This document shows positions 26,597 through 37,170 of a stretch of 64,000 bases of DNA, piece by piece. Source of the DNA: Candidatus Kaiserbacteria bacterium (GTDB lineage: Bacteria; Patescibacteriota; Minisyncoccia; Phycocordibacterales; JABMNX01). The position numbers and the translations under genes are program-made. The notes beneath the pieces are model-generated. The model was not told where the DNA came from. It saw only the letters and a program-made list of their open reading frames with translations, and ran no database searches. The stretch is taken from positions 18,508-82,507 of the forward strand of contig JACPLB010000003.1 of the NCBI GenBank assembly GCA_016186705.1, in the 5' to 3' direction. Position 1 is the stretch's first letter; the number at the start of each line of letters is the position of its first letter.

Positions 26597-27286
26597 TTAA
26601 TTCTCCGTACCGTCATTCTCTTGTGCTTCTCGTTCGTTCTGTTCGAGACCTGCCTTCATTGTACGTATCACCTCGACGAGCGCTTGATGTGCATCTCTCA
26701 ATTTTTCTTTCGCGTGCGCCAATGTTGAAGCCATTTTGCCGAACGCGTCTCGTGAAATATCGCCGGCGAGCGCTTCTTTCGCTTCAGACAAAGCCGTTTT
26801 CAGGCTCTCTCCCGCCTCGGTAATATGCACGCGCGCAGTCTCAAGAAGTTCCCTTGCTTTCGCCATATCAACCCCGCGCGCTTCAAGCTTGTTAATCCGC
26901 GATTCAATGCGGTCGCTTAATTTGTCGAGGCGCTCGACTGCGGCGGTCATCTTTCGCGAGATACGTTCAAGGTACGAATCAATACGCTCTATCCGTTTAT
27001 CCCTCGCCTCATCGGCCCGCTTCTGCGATGCAACTTCGGTGTCTCTTCCTCTCTCCTCGCGGGCACGCAGCTTTTCGCTCTCTTCTCGATTTTTCAAAAG
27101 CACGTCGCGTGCTTTGTCGATAAATGTTTCCGGTCGCACCGTTTTCGGTTCCGCTTCACCTTGCACATTTCTGACTTCCGTCTCGGTCTGCGCGAGCGCA
27201 AAAGAAAGACTTAAAAGAAAAATAATACACGCGGCAAGAATGCCCTTCATGATTATTGTATAATGTACGGCTCGTGTGTGTTTCAT
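26597..27286 (-). CDS. secreted helical/coiled-coil protein
   Basis: Signal peptide (SFALA/Q) and long amphipathic helices; start may be an internal Met. Confidence 0.7.
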   Translation of the reverse strand: MKHTRAVHYTIIMKGILAACIIFLLSLSFALAQTETEVRNVQGEAEPKTVRPETFIDKARDVLLKNREESEKLRAREERGRDTEVASQKRADEARDKRIERIDSYLERISRKMTAAVERLDKLSDRIESRINKLEARGVDMAKARELLETARVHITEAGESLKTALSEAKEALAGDISRDAFGKMASTLAHAKEKLRDAHQALVEVIRTMKAGLEQNEREAQENDGTEN

Positions 27287-27321
27287 GGCGTTCTTATCGA
27301 AAAGGATAATACCTTTAGTAT

Positions 27322-27359
27322 AACAAAGGAGGCGTTCTTAGAAGAACGCCTCCTTTGTT
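27322..27359. terminator. hairpin with 18-bp arms downstream of ppa
   Basis: aacaaaggaggcgttctt-ag-aagaacgcctcctttgtt. Confidence 0.7.
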
Positions 27360-27383
27360 GATAACAATCCGAATCGGTACCGC

Positions 27384-27917
27384 CTACTTTTTGCCGAACT
27401 TCTGCGTATAGAGCTTGAGGCCTTCCATAATCGCCTCTTTTGCCGCTGTGACGTCGTCAAATCCTGTGACATCCACCTCTTTGTTCTGTATTTTTTTGTA
27501 CGTCGAATAGAAATGCTCTATTTCTTTGAGCGTGTGCTTGTTGATGTCTGTGAGATTTTTCACCTCGTCCCATCGAGGGTCTTCCGCGGGTACCGCGATG
27601 ATTTTATCGTCAACGTCTCCCGAATCAATCATGCGCATAATCGCAACCGGACGGGCGGAGACGAGTATACCGGGCATAAGGGGGTAGGTGGTTAAGAGTA
27701 TGACATCAAGCGGGTCGTTGTCGTGCCAGTACGATTGCGGCACGAAACCGTAATCAAAGGGGAAATCCTGCGCGGTGTGCGCCACGCGGTCAAGCGCGAT
27801 AAGTCCCGTCTCTTTGTCGATTTCGTACTTGTTCTTCGAGCCCTTGTGTATTTCGATAATGACGTTCACTTTCTCGGGTGTCTTGTCTCCGGATGTGACG
27901 TCGTGCCACAGATTCAT
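27384..27917 (-). CDS. ppa: family I inorganic pyrophosphatase
   Basis: KNKYEIDKE, YGFVPQS, DNDPLD, DDKIIAV, FYSTYK; start at ATG 27917. Confidence 0.95.
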   Translation of the reverse strand: MNLWHDVTSGDKTPEKVNVIIEIHKGSKNKYEIDKETGLIALDRVAHTAQDFPFDYGFVPQSYWHDNDPLDVILLTTYPLMPGILVSARPVAIMRMIDSGDVDDKIIAVPAEDPRWDEVKNLTDINKHTLKEIEHFYSTYKKIQNKEVDVTGFDDVTAAKEAIMEGLKLYTQKFGKK

Positions 27918-28038
27918 TGTATTGAAAAGTAGATTCTTCTTCTCTACCTTATTACAGCGCGTGTAATGCCGACCGCACCATACATCATAGCACACTCTCT
28001 ATTCGGGGGAGACGTGCGGGCGCGGCCCTGCGAGTGCC

Positions 28039-29382
28039 TTATTTTTCTCCTTCCTTATCCTCTTCTTTGTTTTCCGTTTCTTCTTTTTCCTCCGCTTTCA
28101 GCTCCTCACTCTCTTTCCCGCCTTCAGACGGAACTTCTGTCTCAACTTTTTTTACAGCAGTTTCTTCTCCGGCAATTTCTTCTGCCGCCGCGCTCTTCAC
28201 TTGAGGGTCTCCTTTATTGATGACAGTGCGAGATGCGTCTGCCTCTGCGATGCTTTCCCCTTGTATCGAGCGAATGTCGATTCTCCAGCCTGTTAGTTTT
28301 GCGGCAAGCCGAACGTTCTGCCCGCCCTTTCCGATTGCGAGGGACTGCTGGTCTTCAATGACTTCGACCACCGCCTGCTTGTCGGCTTCTTTTATATTAA
28401 CGTTGATGACTTTCGCGGGAGAGAGTGCTTCCTCGATGAATTCTTTCGGGTCTTCAGACCACTCCACGATGTCGATTTTCTCCCCGCCGAGCTCTCCCAT
28501 GACGACGGAAACGCGCACCCCGCGCTGTCCGACAAGGGAACCAACCGGGTCAATGTGCTCGTCGTGGGAGACGACCGCGATTTTAGAGCGCGAGCCCGCT
28601 TCCCGAGCAATCACTTTTATCTCCACGGCGCCCGAGGCAAGTTCAGGCACTTCCATTTCAAAAAGTTTCTTGAGGAAATCGGGGTTGGAGCGAGAGAGTC
28701 GCAAAAACGTGCCCCGCGGACTCTCTTCCACTGAATAGAGGTATGCCCGGAGACGTTCGCCTTGGCGGTAGCGTTCGCCGGGGATTTGCTCATCGTACGG
28801 GAGAATGCCGGTCGCGCGTCCGAGGTCGATGAACATATTGCCCCGCTCGATTCTCTGCACCGTACCGGTGACGATTTCGCCCTCGCGTTTTCCATACTCC
28901 TGGAGAATCGATACTTTTTCCGCCTCGCGGATTTTCTGGACAATCACTTGTTTCGCCGTTTGCGCCGCGATGCGTCCGAAGTCTCCCTTTGCCTCAAGCG
29001 GGAAGGTAATTTCAGTATCAAGCTCGGCGCCCTTTTTAATGCGCTTCGCATCTTCAATCATAATGTGGTGCTCCGGATTGAATCGCGAGCGGGTATCGCT
29101 CGCTGTTTCTTCCATATCCGAAGAGGTTTTCTCTGTTTTCTCTCCATTCTCATCCTCAATGCGCACCAGCGTGTCATCAACGACGATTTTTACCTGATAA
29201 AATTCAACGGCGCCAGTCGCCAAATCGAATTTCGCGCGAATAATCTGTCCGCGTTTCCCATACTCTTTCTTATATGCCGTGGCAAGAGCGGTTTCAATCG
29301 CGTCAATAATCTTCTCGCGGGGAATTCCGCGCTCTTCCTCAAGCTGTTCAAGCACCGAATTGATTACTTTTAAGTCAAACAT
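28039..29382 (-). CDS. nusA: transcription factor NusA with acidic C-terminal tail
   Basis: FGRIAAQTAKQ, S1 domain, AREAGSRSKIAV, SLAIGKGGQNVRLAAKLTGW. Confidence 0.97.
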   Translation of the reverse strand: MFDLKVINSVLEQLEEERGIPREKIIDAIETALATAYKKEYGKRGQIIRAKFDLATGAVEFYQVKIVVDDTLVRIEDENGEKTEKTSSDMEETASDTRSRFNPEHHIMIEDAKRIKKGAELDTEITFPLEAKGDFGRIAAQTAKQVIVQKIREAEKVSILQEYGKREGEIVTGTVQRIERGNMFIDLGRATGILPYDEQIPGERYRQGERLRAYLYSVEESPRGTFLRLSRSNPDFLKKLFEMEVPELASGAVEIKVIAREAGSRSKIAVVSHDEHIDPVGSLVGQRGVRVSVVMGELGGEKIDIVEWSEDPKEFIEEALSPAKVINVNIKEADKQAVVEVIEDQQSLAIGKGGQNVRLAAKLTGWRIDIRSIQGESIAEADASRTVINKGDPQVKSAAAEEIAGEETAVKKVETEVPSEGGKESEELKAEEKEETENKEEDKEGEK

Positions 29383-29445
29383 GGTTAGATTTTATTAACG
29401 AATGTGTGAGTGTATGAAATCTCTGCTGTGTTTTGTTAATTTTCT

Positions 29446-29475
29446 AAAAAAAAGTGCCCGTTTCGTGACGGACAT
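29446..29475 (-). terminator. terminator-like hairpin in the nusA 5' leader (attenuator candidate)
   Basis: Minus strand atgtccgt-cacgaa-acgggcac followed by T8, downstream of TTGACT-N17-TACGCT. Confidence 0.6.
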
Positions 29476-29600
29476 CTGCACATAGAAGCGTATCATAGCG
29501 GACAGCTGCAGTCAACACTCTTCGTTCTTGCAGTATACAAGCATTTTATCATTCATATCTCACGGGGTATACTTGAAAGTACACATAGCTCTCTCTCAAT

Positions 29601-31346
29601 ATGTACATAAATGAAAAACAACTGAAGGAGTTTGTGCTTGATTCCGGACTTGTTTCGAAGGCGGCATTTGAACGAGCGGAGGGAGTGGCGGCACTCGGCA
29701 AGCAGACCACGGGAGACGCCCTGGTGAGCAACGGGGATATGACGGAAGACGACCTGCGCCGCGCCCACGCGCACATCCTCGGCATTCCGTTTGTAAATCT
29801 TGAGGATAAGAAAATTGATACCGACGTTCTTTCGCTTATTCCGGAGCCGATTGCCCGAAACCACAATATTATCGCGTACAAAAAAGAAGGAGAGAGTCTT
29901 GAAGTAGCGATGCTCAACACGGACGATTTGGCGGCAATTGATTTCGTGAAAAAGAAGGTGCGTCTGAAGATTCTGCCGCGCTTGACCGACGTCGCGTCGG
30001 TTAAATTTGCGCTCAAGCAGTACCAAAAAAGCCTGAAAGACGAGTTTGGCGGAATCATCCAACGCGAAACGGCGTCGCTTCAGGGATTGCCGGAGACCGG
30101 CGATATTACAGAAAAAGACCTCAAGCGCCTCGCGGAGGATTTGCCCGTAGTGCGCATCGTTGACTCGCTCCTGCGTCACGCAATCAATCAAAACGCATCC
30201 GATATTCACATTGAACCGATGGACACACAGGTGCTGATTCGCTACCGCATCGACGGTATTTTGCACGACGCGATGACGCTTCCAAAAAGCGCCGGTCCGT
30301 CAATTACCGCGCGCATTAAAGTGCTCTCAAATTTAAAACTTGATGAAAAACGGCTGCCTCAGGACGGACGCTTCAAAATGGAATCCGGCAGTGAACGCGT
30401 CTCGTTCCGCGTATCCATACTCCCGATATATTTCGGCGAAAAAACAGTCATGCGGCTCCTTCGGGAGGACATCTCCGGATTTACGCTCGAGGGACTCGGT
30501 TTCCACGGCGCGGGGCTTGAGCGCATTCACGAAGCGACGCGGCACAAAACCGGAATGCTCCTCACCACCGGTCCGACCGGCTCCGGAAAAACGACGACGC
30601 TCTATACCATTCTCGATATCCTCAATACGACCGACGTCAATATTTCAACGATTGAAGACCCGATTGAATATCAAATGCCGCGCGTCAACCAAACGCAGGT
30701 CAAGCCCGACATCGGATTTACCTTTGCGACAGGGTTGCGCACGCTCGTGCGGCAGGACCCGGACATTATCATGGTGGGCGAAATTCGCGACAACGAAACG
30801 GCGTCCCTTGCCATTAACGCGTCATTGACCGGACACCTCGTTCTCTCGACGCTCCACACGAACTCCGCCGCCGGTGCGATTCCGCGCCTCATAGACATGA
30901 ATGCAGAGCCGTTCCTTCTCGTCTCAACGCTCGACGTTATTATCGGACAGAGATTGGTGCGGAAGCTTTGCGACGTCAAAGAAAAATACACGCTCACACC
31001 GCCCGAAATTAAAAAACTCGGCAACACGGTTGACCTTGACAATGTGCTGCGGGCGCTCAAGGCGGAAAAAATAGTCGGGGAGAAGGCAGTGTGGGAAAAT
31101 ATTCCTTTCTATAAGGAAAAGCCGTCCCCTGCGTGTGAGGACGGTTTTAGCGGTCGGTTGGGGATTCATGAAATTCTCTATGTTTCAAGCGCCATCAAGA
31201 ATTTGATTATGAAAGGAGCGACATCGGAAGAAATTGAGGGACAGGCAAAAAAGGAGGGGATGATGACAATGATTGAAGACGGCATCTTCAAGGCGGTAGA
31301 GGGAATCACAACGATAGAAGAAGTCTTGCGCGTCGTGTCGGAGTAA
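29601..31346 (+). CDS. pilB: type IV pilus assembly ATPase (PilB/GspE family)
   Basis: ASDIHIEP, RLPQDGR, GPTGSGKTTTLY, TIEDPIEY, RQDPDIIMVGEIRD, STLHTN. Confidence 0.95.
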   Translation: MYINEKQLKEFVLDSGLVSKAAFERAEGVAALGKQTTGDALVSNGDMTEDDLRRAHAHILGIPFVNLEDKKIDTDVLSLIPEPIARNHNIIAYKKEGESLEVAMLNTDDLAAIDFVKKKVRLKILPRLTDVASVKFALKQYQKSLKDEFGGIIQRETASLQGLPETGDITEKDLKRLAEDLPVVRIVDSLLRHAINQNASDIHIEPMDTQVLIRYRIDGILHDAMTLPKSAGPSITARIKVLSNLKLDEKRLPQDGRFKMESGSERVSFRVSILPIYFGEKTVMRLLREDISGFTLEGLGFHGAGLERIHEATRHKTGMLLTTGPTGSGKTTTLYTILDILNTTDVNISTIEDPIEYQMPRVNQTQVKPDIGFTFATGLRTLVRQDPDIIMVGEIRDNETASLAINASLTGHLVLSTLHTNSAAGAIPRLIDMNAEPFLLVSTLDVIIGQRLVRKLCDVKEKYTLTPPEIKKLGNTVDLDNVLRALKAEKIVGEKAVWENIPFYKEKPSPACEDGFSGRLGIHEILYVSSAIKNLIMKGATSEEIEGQAKKEGMMTMIEDGIFKAVEGITTIEEVLRVVSE

Positions 31347-31355
31347 TTATTTACC

Positions 31356-32570
31356 ATGGCCCACTATCGCTACAAGGCGAGAAACAAAGACGGGGAAACG
31401 TACGAAGGAGCCGCCGAGGTTCCGGACAAGTTCGCACTCTATACGCACATCAGGGAAGAAGGAGGCGAGGTCATTGAGGTGAAGGAGTCGGGGGCGCGGA
31501 GCTTCTCACTCACGCGGCTCAATGAGCTTTTCGGAACGGTCAAGGATTATGAAAAGGTCGTCTTCACCCGCAATTTGGGAGCAATGATTGAAGCTGGTCT
31601 CTCGCTCTCCAGGGCGCTTTCGGTTCTTGAGCGGCAAACGAAAAACCCGAAACTCAAAATGGTGCTCGCCGGGCTCAATAATGACATCAAGAAAGGAGAA
31701 AATTTTCACACGGCGCTGAAGCAGTACCCGAAGGTTTTTTCTCCGCTTTTTTCGTCGATGGTGCACGCCGGCGAGGAGAGCGGCAAGCTGTCGGACTCTC
31801 TCAAAATTGTCGGCGCCCAGCTTGAGCGTTCGTATACGCTGAAGAAAAAAATTCACGGGGCGCTTATCTACCCGTCCATTATCGTCGTTGCGATGATTAT
31901 CATCGGCATTCTCATGCTCATCTACGTTGTCCCGACTCTCACGCAGACATTTGAAGAGCTTGGCGCAGAACTCCCGAGGAGCACGCAGAGCATCATCGTG
32001 GCGAGCCGGTTTCTTACCGAGAACACGATTGTCGCGCTTCTCATTCCGCTTGTGCTCGCGCTCCTTCTCTACCTCGGCTTCCGCACCGAGAGGGTAAAAC
32101 GCATGTGGCATTACGCCGTGCTCCGCGTTCCCATTATCGGCGGGCTTATCAAGGAAGTGCAGTCCGCACGCACCACACGGACGCTTTCCTCGCTCCTCTC
32201 GTCGGGTGTGGAAATCGTAACGGCGCTCTCCATTACGAGAGATGTTGTGCAAAATTCCTACTATCGCGATGTCTTAAAGCGCGCAGAGAATGATGTGCAG
32301 AAAGGAACGCCGCTCTCCGGCTCTTTTACAGAAAACGAACATCTCTACCCCATTCTTGTCGGGGAAATGATTTCAGTCGGCGAAGAGACGGGGAAACTTC
32401 CAGACATGCTTTTGCGCGTCGCCGAGTTTTACGAGGGAGAGGTGGAGCAAAAAACAAAAGACATGTCGACGATTATTGAGCCATTTCTCATGGTTTTCAT
32501 CGGCATTGTCGTCGGTTTTTTCGCGCTCTCCATGATCGCTCCAATCTACTCGCTCTCGGAGAGCATTTAA
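31356..32570 (+). CDS. pilC: type IV pilus platform protein (PilC/GspF family)
   Basis: Two T2SSF domains (AGEESGKL, VGEETGKL), YP motif, IEP. Confidence 0.95.
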   Translation: MAHYRYKARNKDGETYEGAAEVPDKFALYTHIREEGGEVIEVKESGARSFSLTRLNELFGTVKDYEKVVFTRNLGAMIEAGLSLSRALSVLERQTKNPKLKMVLAGLNNDIKKGENFHTALKQYPKVFSPLFSSMVHAGEESGKLSDSLKIVGAQLERSYTLKKKIHGALIYPSIIVVAMIIIGILMLIYVVPTLTQTFEELGAELPRSTQSIIVASRFLTENTIVALLIPLVLALLLYLGFRTERVKRMWHYAVLRVPIIGGLIKEVQSARTTRTLSSLLSSGVEIVTALSITRDVVQNSYYRDVLKRAENDVQKGTPLSGSFTENEHLYPILVGEMISVGEETGKLPDMLLRVAEFYEGEVEQKTKDMSTIIEPFLMVFIGIVVGFFALSMIAPIYSLSESI

Positions 32571-32583
32571 TCTCACGCACCCG

Positions 32584-34338
32584 ATGTCCACATTGTTTAT
32601 TCGCGCACACAGCCACAAAGGAGCAAGTTTGTTGGATGCCATTTTCGGCACGGCGCTTTTTTTGGTCGTCTTTCTCGGCATATTCGGCGCGTTTCAGCTC
32701 TCTCTTCAGCTTGTGAAGAGTACAGCGCTCAAGACCGGGGCGCTTGCGCTTGCGAATGAACGTCTCGAATACATCCGTTCACTGCCGTATAACGATATCG
32801 GAGTCGTTGGCGGCATTCCGCAGGGAGAACTTGAGATGGAGGAGGCGGTTGTCCTCAATAATACAAGCTACACGCGCCGCACCTTCGTGCAGTATATCGA
32901 TGACCCCGCGGACGGCTCCGGAGGGAATGATGAGAACGGCGTTACCGCGGACTATAAAACAGCAAAGGTGACGATGTCCTGGCCGTTTCGCGAATCAACC
33001 CGCTCGCTTTCGCTCGTAACGAACATCATACCTTCGGGCATTGAGTCGATTGAGGGGGGTGGCACGCTTCGGATTTCCGTACCCAATGCCGTCGGAGCGC
33101 CTATCCCGAGTGCTTCCGTCTATATTGAGAACACCACCGTGAGTCCCGCCATCGGATTCTCAACGTTTACGAATACGTCGGGGCTTGCAGTGTTTCCGGG
33201 AGCGCCCTCGGGAAGCAGATATGAAATAACAGTGACAAAGACTGGCTACAGCAGTACGCAGACGTATGACAGTACGGCGCAAAATATAGAACCAAATCCC
33301 GGACATCTCACGGTGAGCGAAAGTCAGACAACAACGGGAACATTTGCGATAGATATACTTGGCCAGGCGACCGTCAGAAGCTTTGAGGTCATTAAGCCGG
33401 TCATATGGGAGGACCTTTTCCCCGATACATCGCAGATTGCGTCGCTCCAAAGCACCGAACTATCCGGAGGCGCGATTGCTCTTCAGGATTCAGAATCCGG
33501 GTACCCTTCATCGGGAAGCGTGTGGTCAGCAACTCAAAGCCCTCAATATCTTGCCGAATGGACGGCGCTTTCGTGGAATGACACAACACCCGCCGGAACA
33601 AACATTCGTTACTCGCTCTATTATGGAGGCGGTATACTCGTTCCCGACTCTGATCTTGGAGGGAATGAGAGCGGTTTTACCAACTCGCCAATTGACCTCT
33701 CCGGACTCAATGTCGGTACGTACGATAACTTATATATCGCGGGTGCGTTAACTTCATCGGACGCCTCATCGACCCCATCCATTCTCGATTGGCGACTCGA
33801 TTATAAAGTCGGTCCTACTCCGCTTCCGAACATTGCATTCTCGCTTACCGGTGCAAAGACAATCGGCACCGATGCGGGGAGCAATCCGATATATAAGTAC
33901 GATACGCTCCTAAATACCGGCGCAAACACGCAGATTACCATCGGAGCTCTTGAATGGGATAATTATACGCTCGCTGTTGACGATGCCGTAACGGGCTATG
34001 ATACGGCGGAGACCTGTCCGCTCTCGCCGTTTGCGCTTCTTCCTGACGAAGACAAGGTTGTTGACGTCCTGCTTGCCGAGAATACAACCAATAGTCTTCA
34101 TGTTGCGGTCAAAAATACGTCCGGCACCCTGCTTTCTGACGCAACCGTCCGGCTCTATGGAGGTTCGTACGACACGACGCAAGAAACAAGCGCGTGCGGT
34201 CAAACTTTTTTTAACAACAGCCTTTCATCGGGGACATACGCTGCCGACGTCTCTCTTTCGGGATATCAGTCTACGACGATTTCGAACATAACCGTCAGCG
34301 GAGACTCGGATCTTGTCGTCACGTTAAACGTCCTATAA
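32584..34338 (+). CDS. large pilin-like protein with beta-rich C-terminal domains
   Basis: Class III signal-like KG/ASLLD followed by a hydrophobic helix; carboxypeptidase-regulatory-like segments (YEITVTKTGYS, YAADVSLSGYQS). Confidence 0.75.
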   Translation: MSTLFIRAHSHKGASLLDAIFGTALFLVVFLGIFGAFQLSLQLVKSTALKTGALALANERLEYIRSLPYNDIGVVGGIPQGELEMEEAVVLNNTSYTRRTFVQYIDDPADGSGGNDENGVTADYKTAKVTMSWPFRESTRSLSLVTNIIPSGIESIEGGGTLRISVPNAVGAPIPSASVYIENTTVSPAIGFSTFTNTSGLAVFPGAPSGSRYEITVTKTGYSSTQTYDSTAQNIEPNPGHLTVSESQTTTGTFAIDILGQATVRSFEVIKPVIWEDLFPDTSQIASLQSTELSGGAIALQDSESGYPSSGSVWSATQSPQYLAEWTALSWNDTTPAGTNIRYSLYYGGGILVPDSDLGGNESGFTNSPIDLSGLNVGTYDNLYIAGALTSSDASSTPSILDWRLDYKVGPTPLPNIAFSLTGAKTIGTDAGSNPIYKYDTLLNTGANTQITIGALEWDNYTLAVDDAVTGYDTAETCPLSPFALLPDEDKVVDVLLAENTTNSLHVAVKNTSGTLLSDATVRLYGGSYDTTQETSACGQTFFNNSLSSGTYAADVSLSGYQSTTISNITVSGDSDLVVTLNVL

Positions 34339-34347
34339 TACTCTGAT

Positions 34348-34953
34348 ATGCGGCATCCTCATACCATCAAAGGGTTTACCCTCATAGAAACGGTTGTCGC
34401 GCTGAGCGTGTTCACCGTAATACTCGGGAGCTTTGTCGGGTCAATCAGCTTTTTCTATCGCTCGAATGCGCATGCGCTTGAGCAGGCGTTCGCGGTCAAC
34501 AGCGCGCGCAAGGGGATTGAGCAGATGATGAAAGACGTGAGAAAAGCCGCGTATTCGGACGAGGGGTCGTATCCGGTTATTGCGATTGCAGATGACGCGT
34601 TTAGTTTCTACAGTAATGTTGATACCGATAGTTATGTAGAAAAAGTGCGATATTTTCTTGACGACACAAACTTAAAGAAAGGAATCGTAAACTCTTCCGG
34701 CTCTCCGCTTATCTATGACGACGGCACGGAAGAGGTCTTCATTCTCTCCGATAATGTCCGGAACGATGCGCAGTCGGTCGTCCTTTTTTCATACTACAAC
34801 GCATCCGGGACGCCGGTCACAAATACGGCAAGCACAACTGACGTCATATTTGTCACCGCTGACATTATTGTCAACGTCAATCCGCTGAATGTCGTCAATG
34901 ATTTCCGCTTGCGCTCAAGCGCGACAATGCGGAATATCAGAGAAGCGTTGTAA
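34348..34953 (+). CDS. minor pilin (PilW/PulJ-like)
   Basis: KG/FTLIE prepilin cleavage and methylation motif. Confidence 0.88.
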   Translation: MRHPHTIKGFTLIETVVALSVFTVILGSFVGSISFFYRSNAHALEQAFAVNSARKGIEQMMKDVRKAAYSDEGSYPVIAIADDAFSFYSNVDTDSYVEKVRYFLDDTNLKKGIVNSSGSPLIYDDGTEEVFILSDNVRNDAQSVVLFSYYNASGTPVTNTASTTDVIFVTADIIVNVNPLNVVNDFRLRSSATMRNIREAL

Positions 34954-34960
34954 TTATTAT

Positions 34961-36382
34961 ATGCAATACTCACGCCACAACAGGGGATACATCACAATAC
35001 TGGTTCTGGTATTTGCCGGTGTTTTTGTTGTCATTATCTCGGCACTCACCGGCTACATTTTTGCCCAAAATAAACTGCAATTTGCCAAAGAAAATCGCGA
35101 CAAAGCCCTTCATATCGCCGAGGCGGGACTCAATTACTACAAATGGAGACTCTCTCACTTCGAGAATGACCTTCAAGATGGTACTGGAGGACCCGGTCCA
35201 TACGTTCATACATATTATGACCCGGAGGGCGGTGACATCGGAACATTTTCCCTTGACGTTGACGGCAACGAACAGTGCGGCTCAATCCGCTCGATTGACA
35301 TCACTTCAACAGGCGCAAGTGCGGCTGACCCGACCTTGACCCGCACCGTGTCGGCAACATACGCGCGGCCATCGGTATCCGAATATGCCTACATCATCAA
35401 CAGCAATGTCTGGGCGGGGTCTGACCGTGTTATTACGGGACGATACCACTCAAATTACGGCATTCGCATGGACGGCACGAATCAGTCGCTTGTCACGAGC
35501 GCCATATCAAGCTGGACCTGCACGTCGAGTTTTGGTTGCAGTCCCGACCAAGTGCAAAACGGCATCTTCGGAGCTGGTCCGAATTCAAACGAATGGGACT
35601 TTCCGGTTCCCCAAGTTGATTTTGCCGGCATATCATCCGACCTCTCTGACATGAAAACGAGGGCGCAGAGCTACGGTCTCTACCTTGCCTCAACAAGTCC
35701 GTATGGCTACCATCTCACGTTTAAGAACAACGGCACCGTTGACGTATTCAGAGTTGATAATGTGAGTTCGACAAACGCGTGGATTTACAACCCATCATCG
35801 GGGCAGTATGAAGAAACGGCAGTCTACGACACCATAACCTCGGAAGCGTTTCTTCAAACATACACGCCGTCTGTGTCATGTGCACTTGTTCTTGCCGAAG
35901 ACCGGCTGTGGCTTGATGGAGTGGTAAGCGGCAAAATTACCGTCGCGGCGGCGGATGTGGCGGACCCGAATAACGAAGTTGACATCATACTAAACGGCAA
36001 CATTGACTACGTAAACCCGACCGGTTCAACCGATGGGCTGACGGCGATTGCCGAGCGTAGCATTCTCATACCGCTCAATTCGCCGGACAATATGACGCTC
36101 TCCGGTATTTTCATCGCCCAGAACGGCAAATTCGGACGTGAATTCTTTTCCACTGTCACGTATCCTGCAAATGCGAAGAGAAACTCATTAACCATGCGGG
36201 GAACTATTGTTTCGAACAATCGCGAAGGTACAAAATGGACATGTCCTCCCGACCCGTGGTGTTCGGGATACGGAACCCGCGTGAACTCCTATGACAGTAC
36301 CCAAGAGATCAATCCGCCCCCTCTCACTCCGTATACAAGCCAGGATTACAAATTCGTACTTTGGCGCGAGGAAGCATTGTAA
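34961..36382 (+). CDS. PilX-like minor pilin
   Basis: RG/YITILVL, ALHIAEAGL; beta-rich C-terminus; start at ATG 34961. Confidence 0.8.
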   Translation: MQYSRHNRGYITILVLVFAGVFVVIISALTGYIFAQNKLQFAKENRDKALHIAEAGLNYYKWRLSHFENDLQDGTGGPGPYVHTYYDPEGGDIGTFSLDVDGNEQCGSIRSIDITSTGASAADPTLTRTVSATYARPSVSEYAYIINSNVWAGSDRVITGRYHSNYGIRMDGTNQSLVTSAISSWTCTSSFGCSPDQVQNGIFGAGPNSNEWDFPVPQVDFAGISSDLSDMKTRAQSYGLYLASTSPYGYHLTFKNNGTVDVFRVDNVSSTNAWIYNPSSGQYEETAVYDTITSEAFLQTYTPSVSCALVLAEDRLWLDGVVSGKITVAAADVADPNNEVDIILNGNIDYVNPTGSTDGLTAIAERSILIPLNSPDNMTLSGIFIAQNGKFGREFFSTVTYPANAKRNSLTMRGTIVSNNREGTKWTCPPDPWCSGYGTRVNSYDSTQEINPPPLTPYTSQDYKFVLWREEAL

Positions 36383-36400
36383 TATGCTAAAATTACTTTC

Positions 36401-37165
36401 ATGAAAAAACTCCTTATCGCGAACTGGAAAATGAATCCGGAAAGCATTGCGGAAGCGAAAAATCTTTTTATGGACGTGAAGAAGGTGGCAAGCCGTCTTA
36501 ACGGGGTAGAAACTGTCATTGCTCCTCCGTACATTTTCCTTGCCGAGCTTCGCCGGCTCTATACGGGGAAACGCGTTATGTTTGCCGGTCAGGACGTGTT
36601 TTGGGAAGAGAAAGGGGCGTTTACCGGAGAGATAAGCCCCTCCATGCTCAAAAATATCGGGGTCTCATACGTGATTGTCGGGCACTCCGAACGGCGCGCT
36701 CTTGGCGAAAGCGATGAAATAGTGAATCAAAAGGTTCTTGCGTCAGCGCGCGCGGGACTCAGAGCCGTCGTATGTATCGGCGAGTCGACTCGAGACCATA
36801 CGGACGGGGCACATCTTATTTTTCTTGCAGGTCAGGTTGAGTCGGCACTCGCGGGCCTTGGAGGGAAAATGCTCTCGCGCATCGCGATTGCGTACGAACC
36901 GATATGGGCGATTGGAAAGAGCGCTGAAGACGCGATGCGCCCCTTTGAGCTTCATGAGACGGTGCTTCTGATTAGGAAGACGCTGGCGCGGAAATACGGG
37001 AAAGCGCATGCGATGAGGGTCCCCGTTCTCTACGGCGGGTCCGTGGAAAAAGAAAATACTCTTTCGCTTCTTACCGACGGAGCGGTAAACGGGTTTTTGG
37101 TGGGTCACGCGAGTCTCTCCGGTCCCAAGTTTAACGACATCTTACGCGTCGCACATTCAGCGTAA
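36401..37165 (+). CDS. tpiA: triosephosphate isomerase
   Basis: ANWKMN, GAFTGEIS, GHSERR, AYEPIWAIG, YGGSV. Confidence 0.97.
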   Translation: MKKLLIANWKMNPESIAEAKNLFMDVKKVASRLNGVETVIAPPYIFLAELRRLYTGKRVMFAGQDVFWEEKGAFTGEISPSMLKNIGVSYVIVGHSERRALGESDEIVNQKVLASARAGLRAVVCIGESTRDHTDGAHLIFLAGQVESALAGLGGKMLSRIAIAYEPIWAIGKSAEDAMRPFELHETVLLIRKTLARKYGKAHAMRVPVLYGGSVEKENTLSLLTDGAVNGFLVGHASLSGPKFNDILRVAHSA

Positions 37166-37170
37166 TTTTT

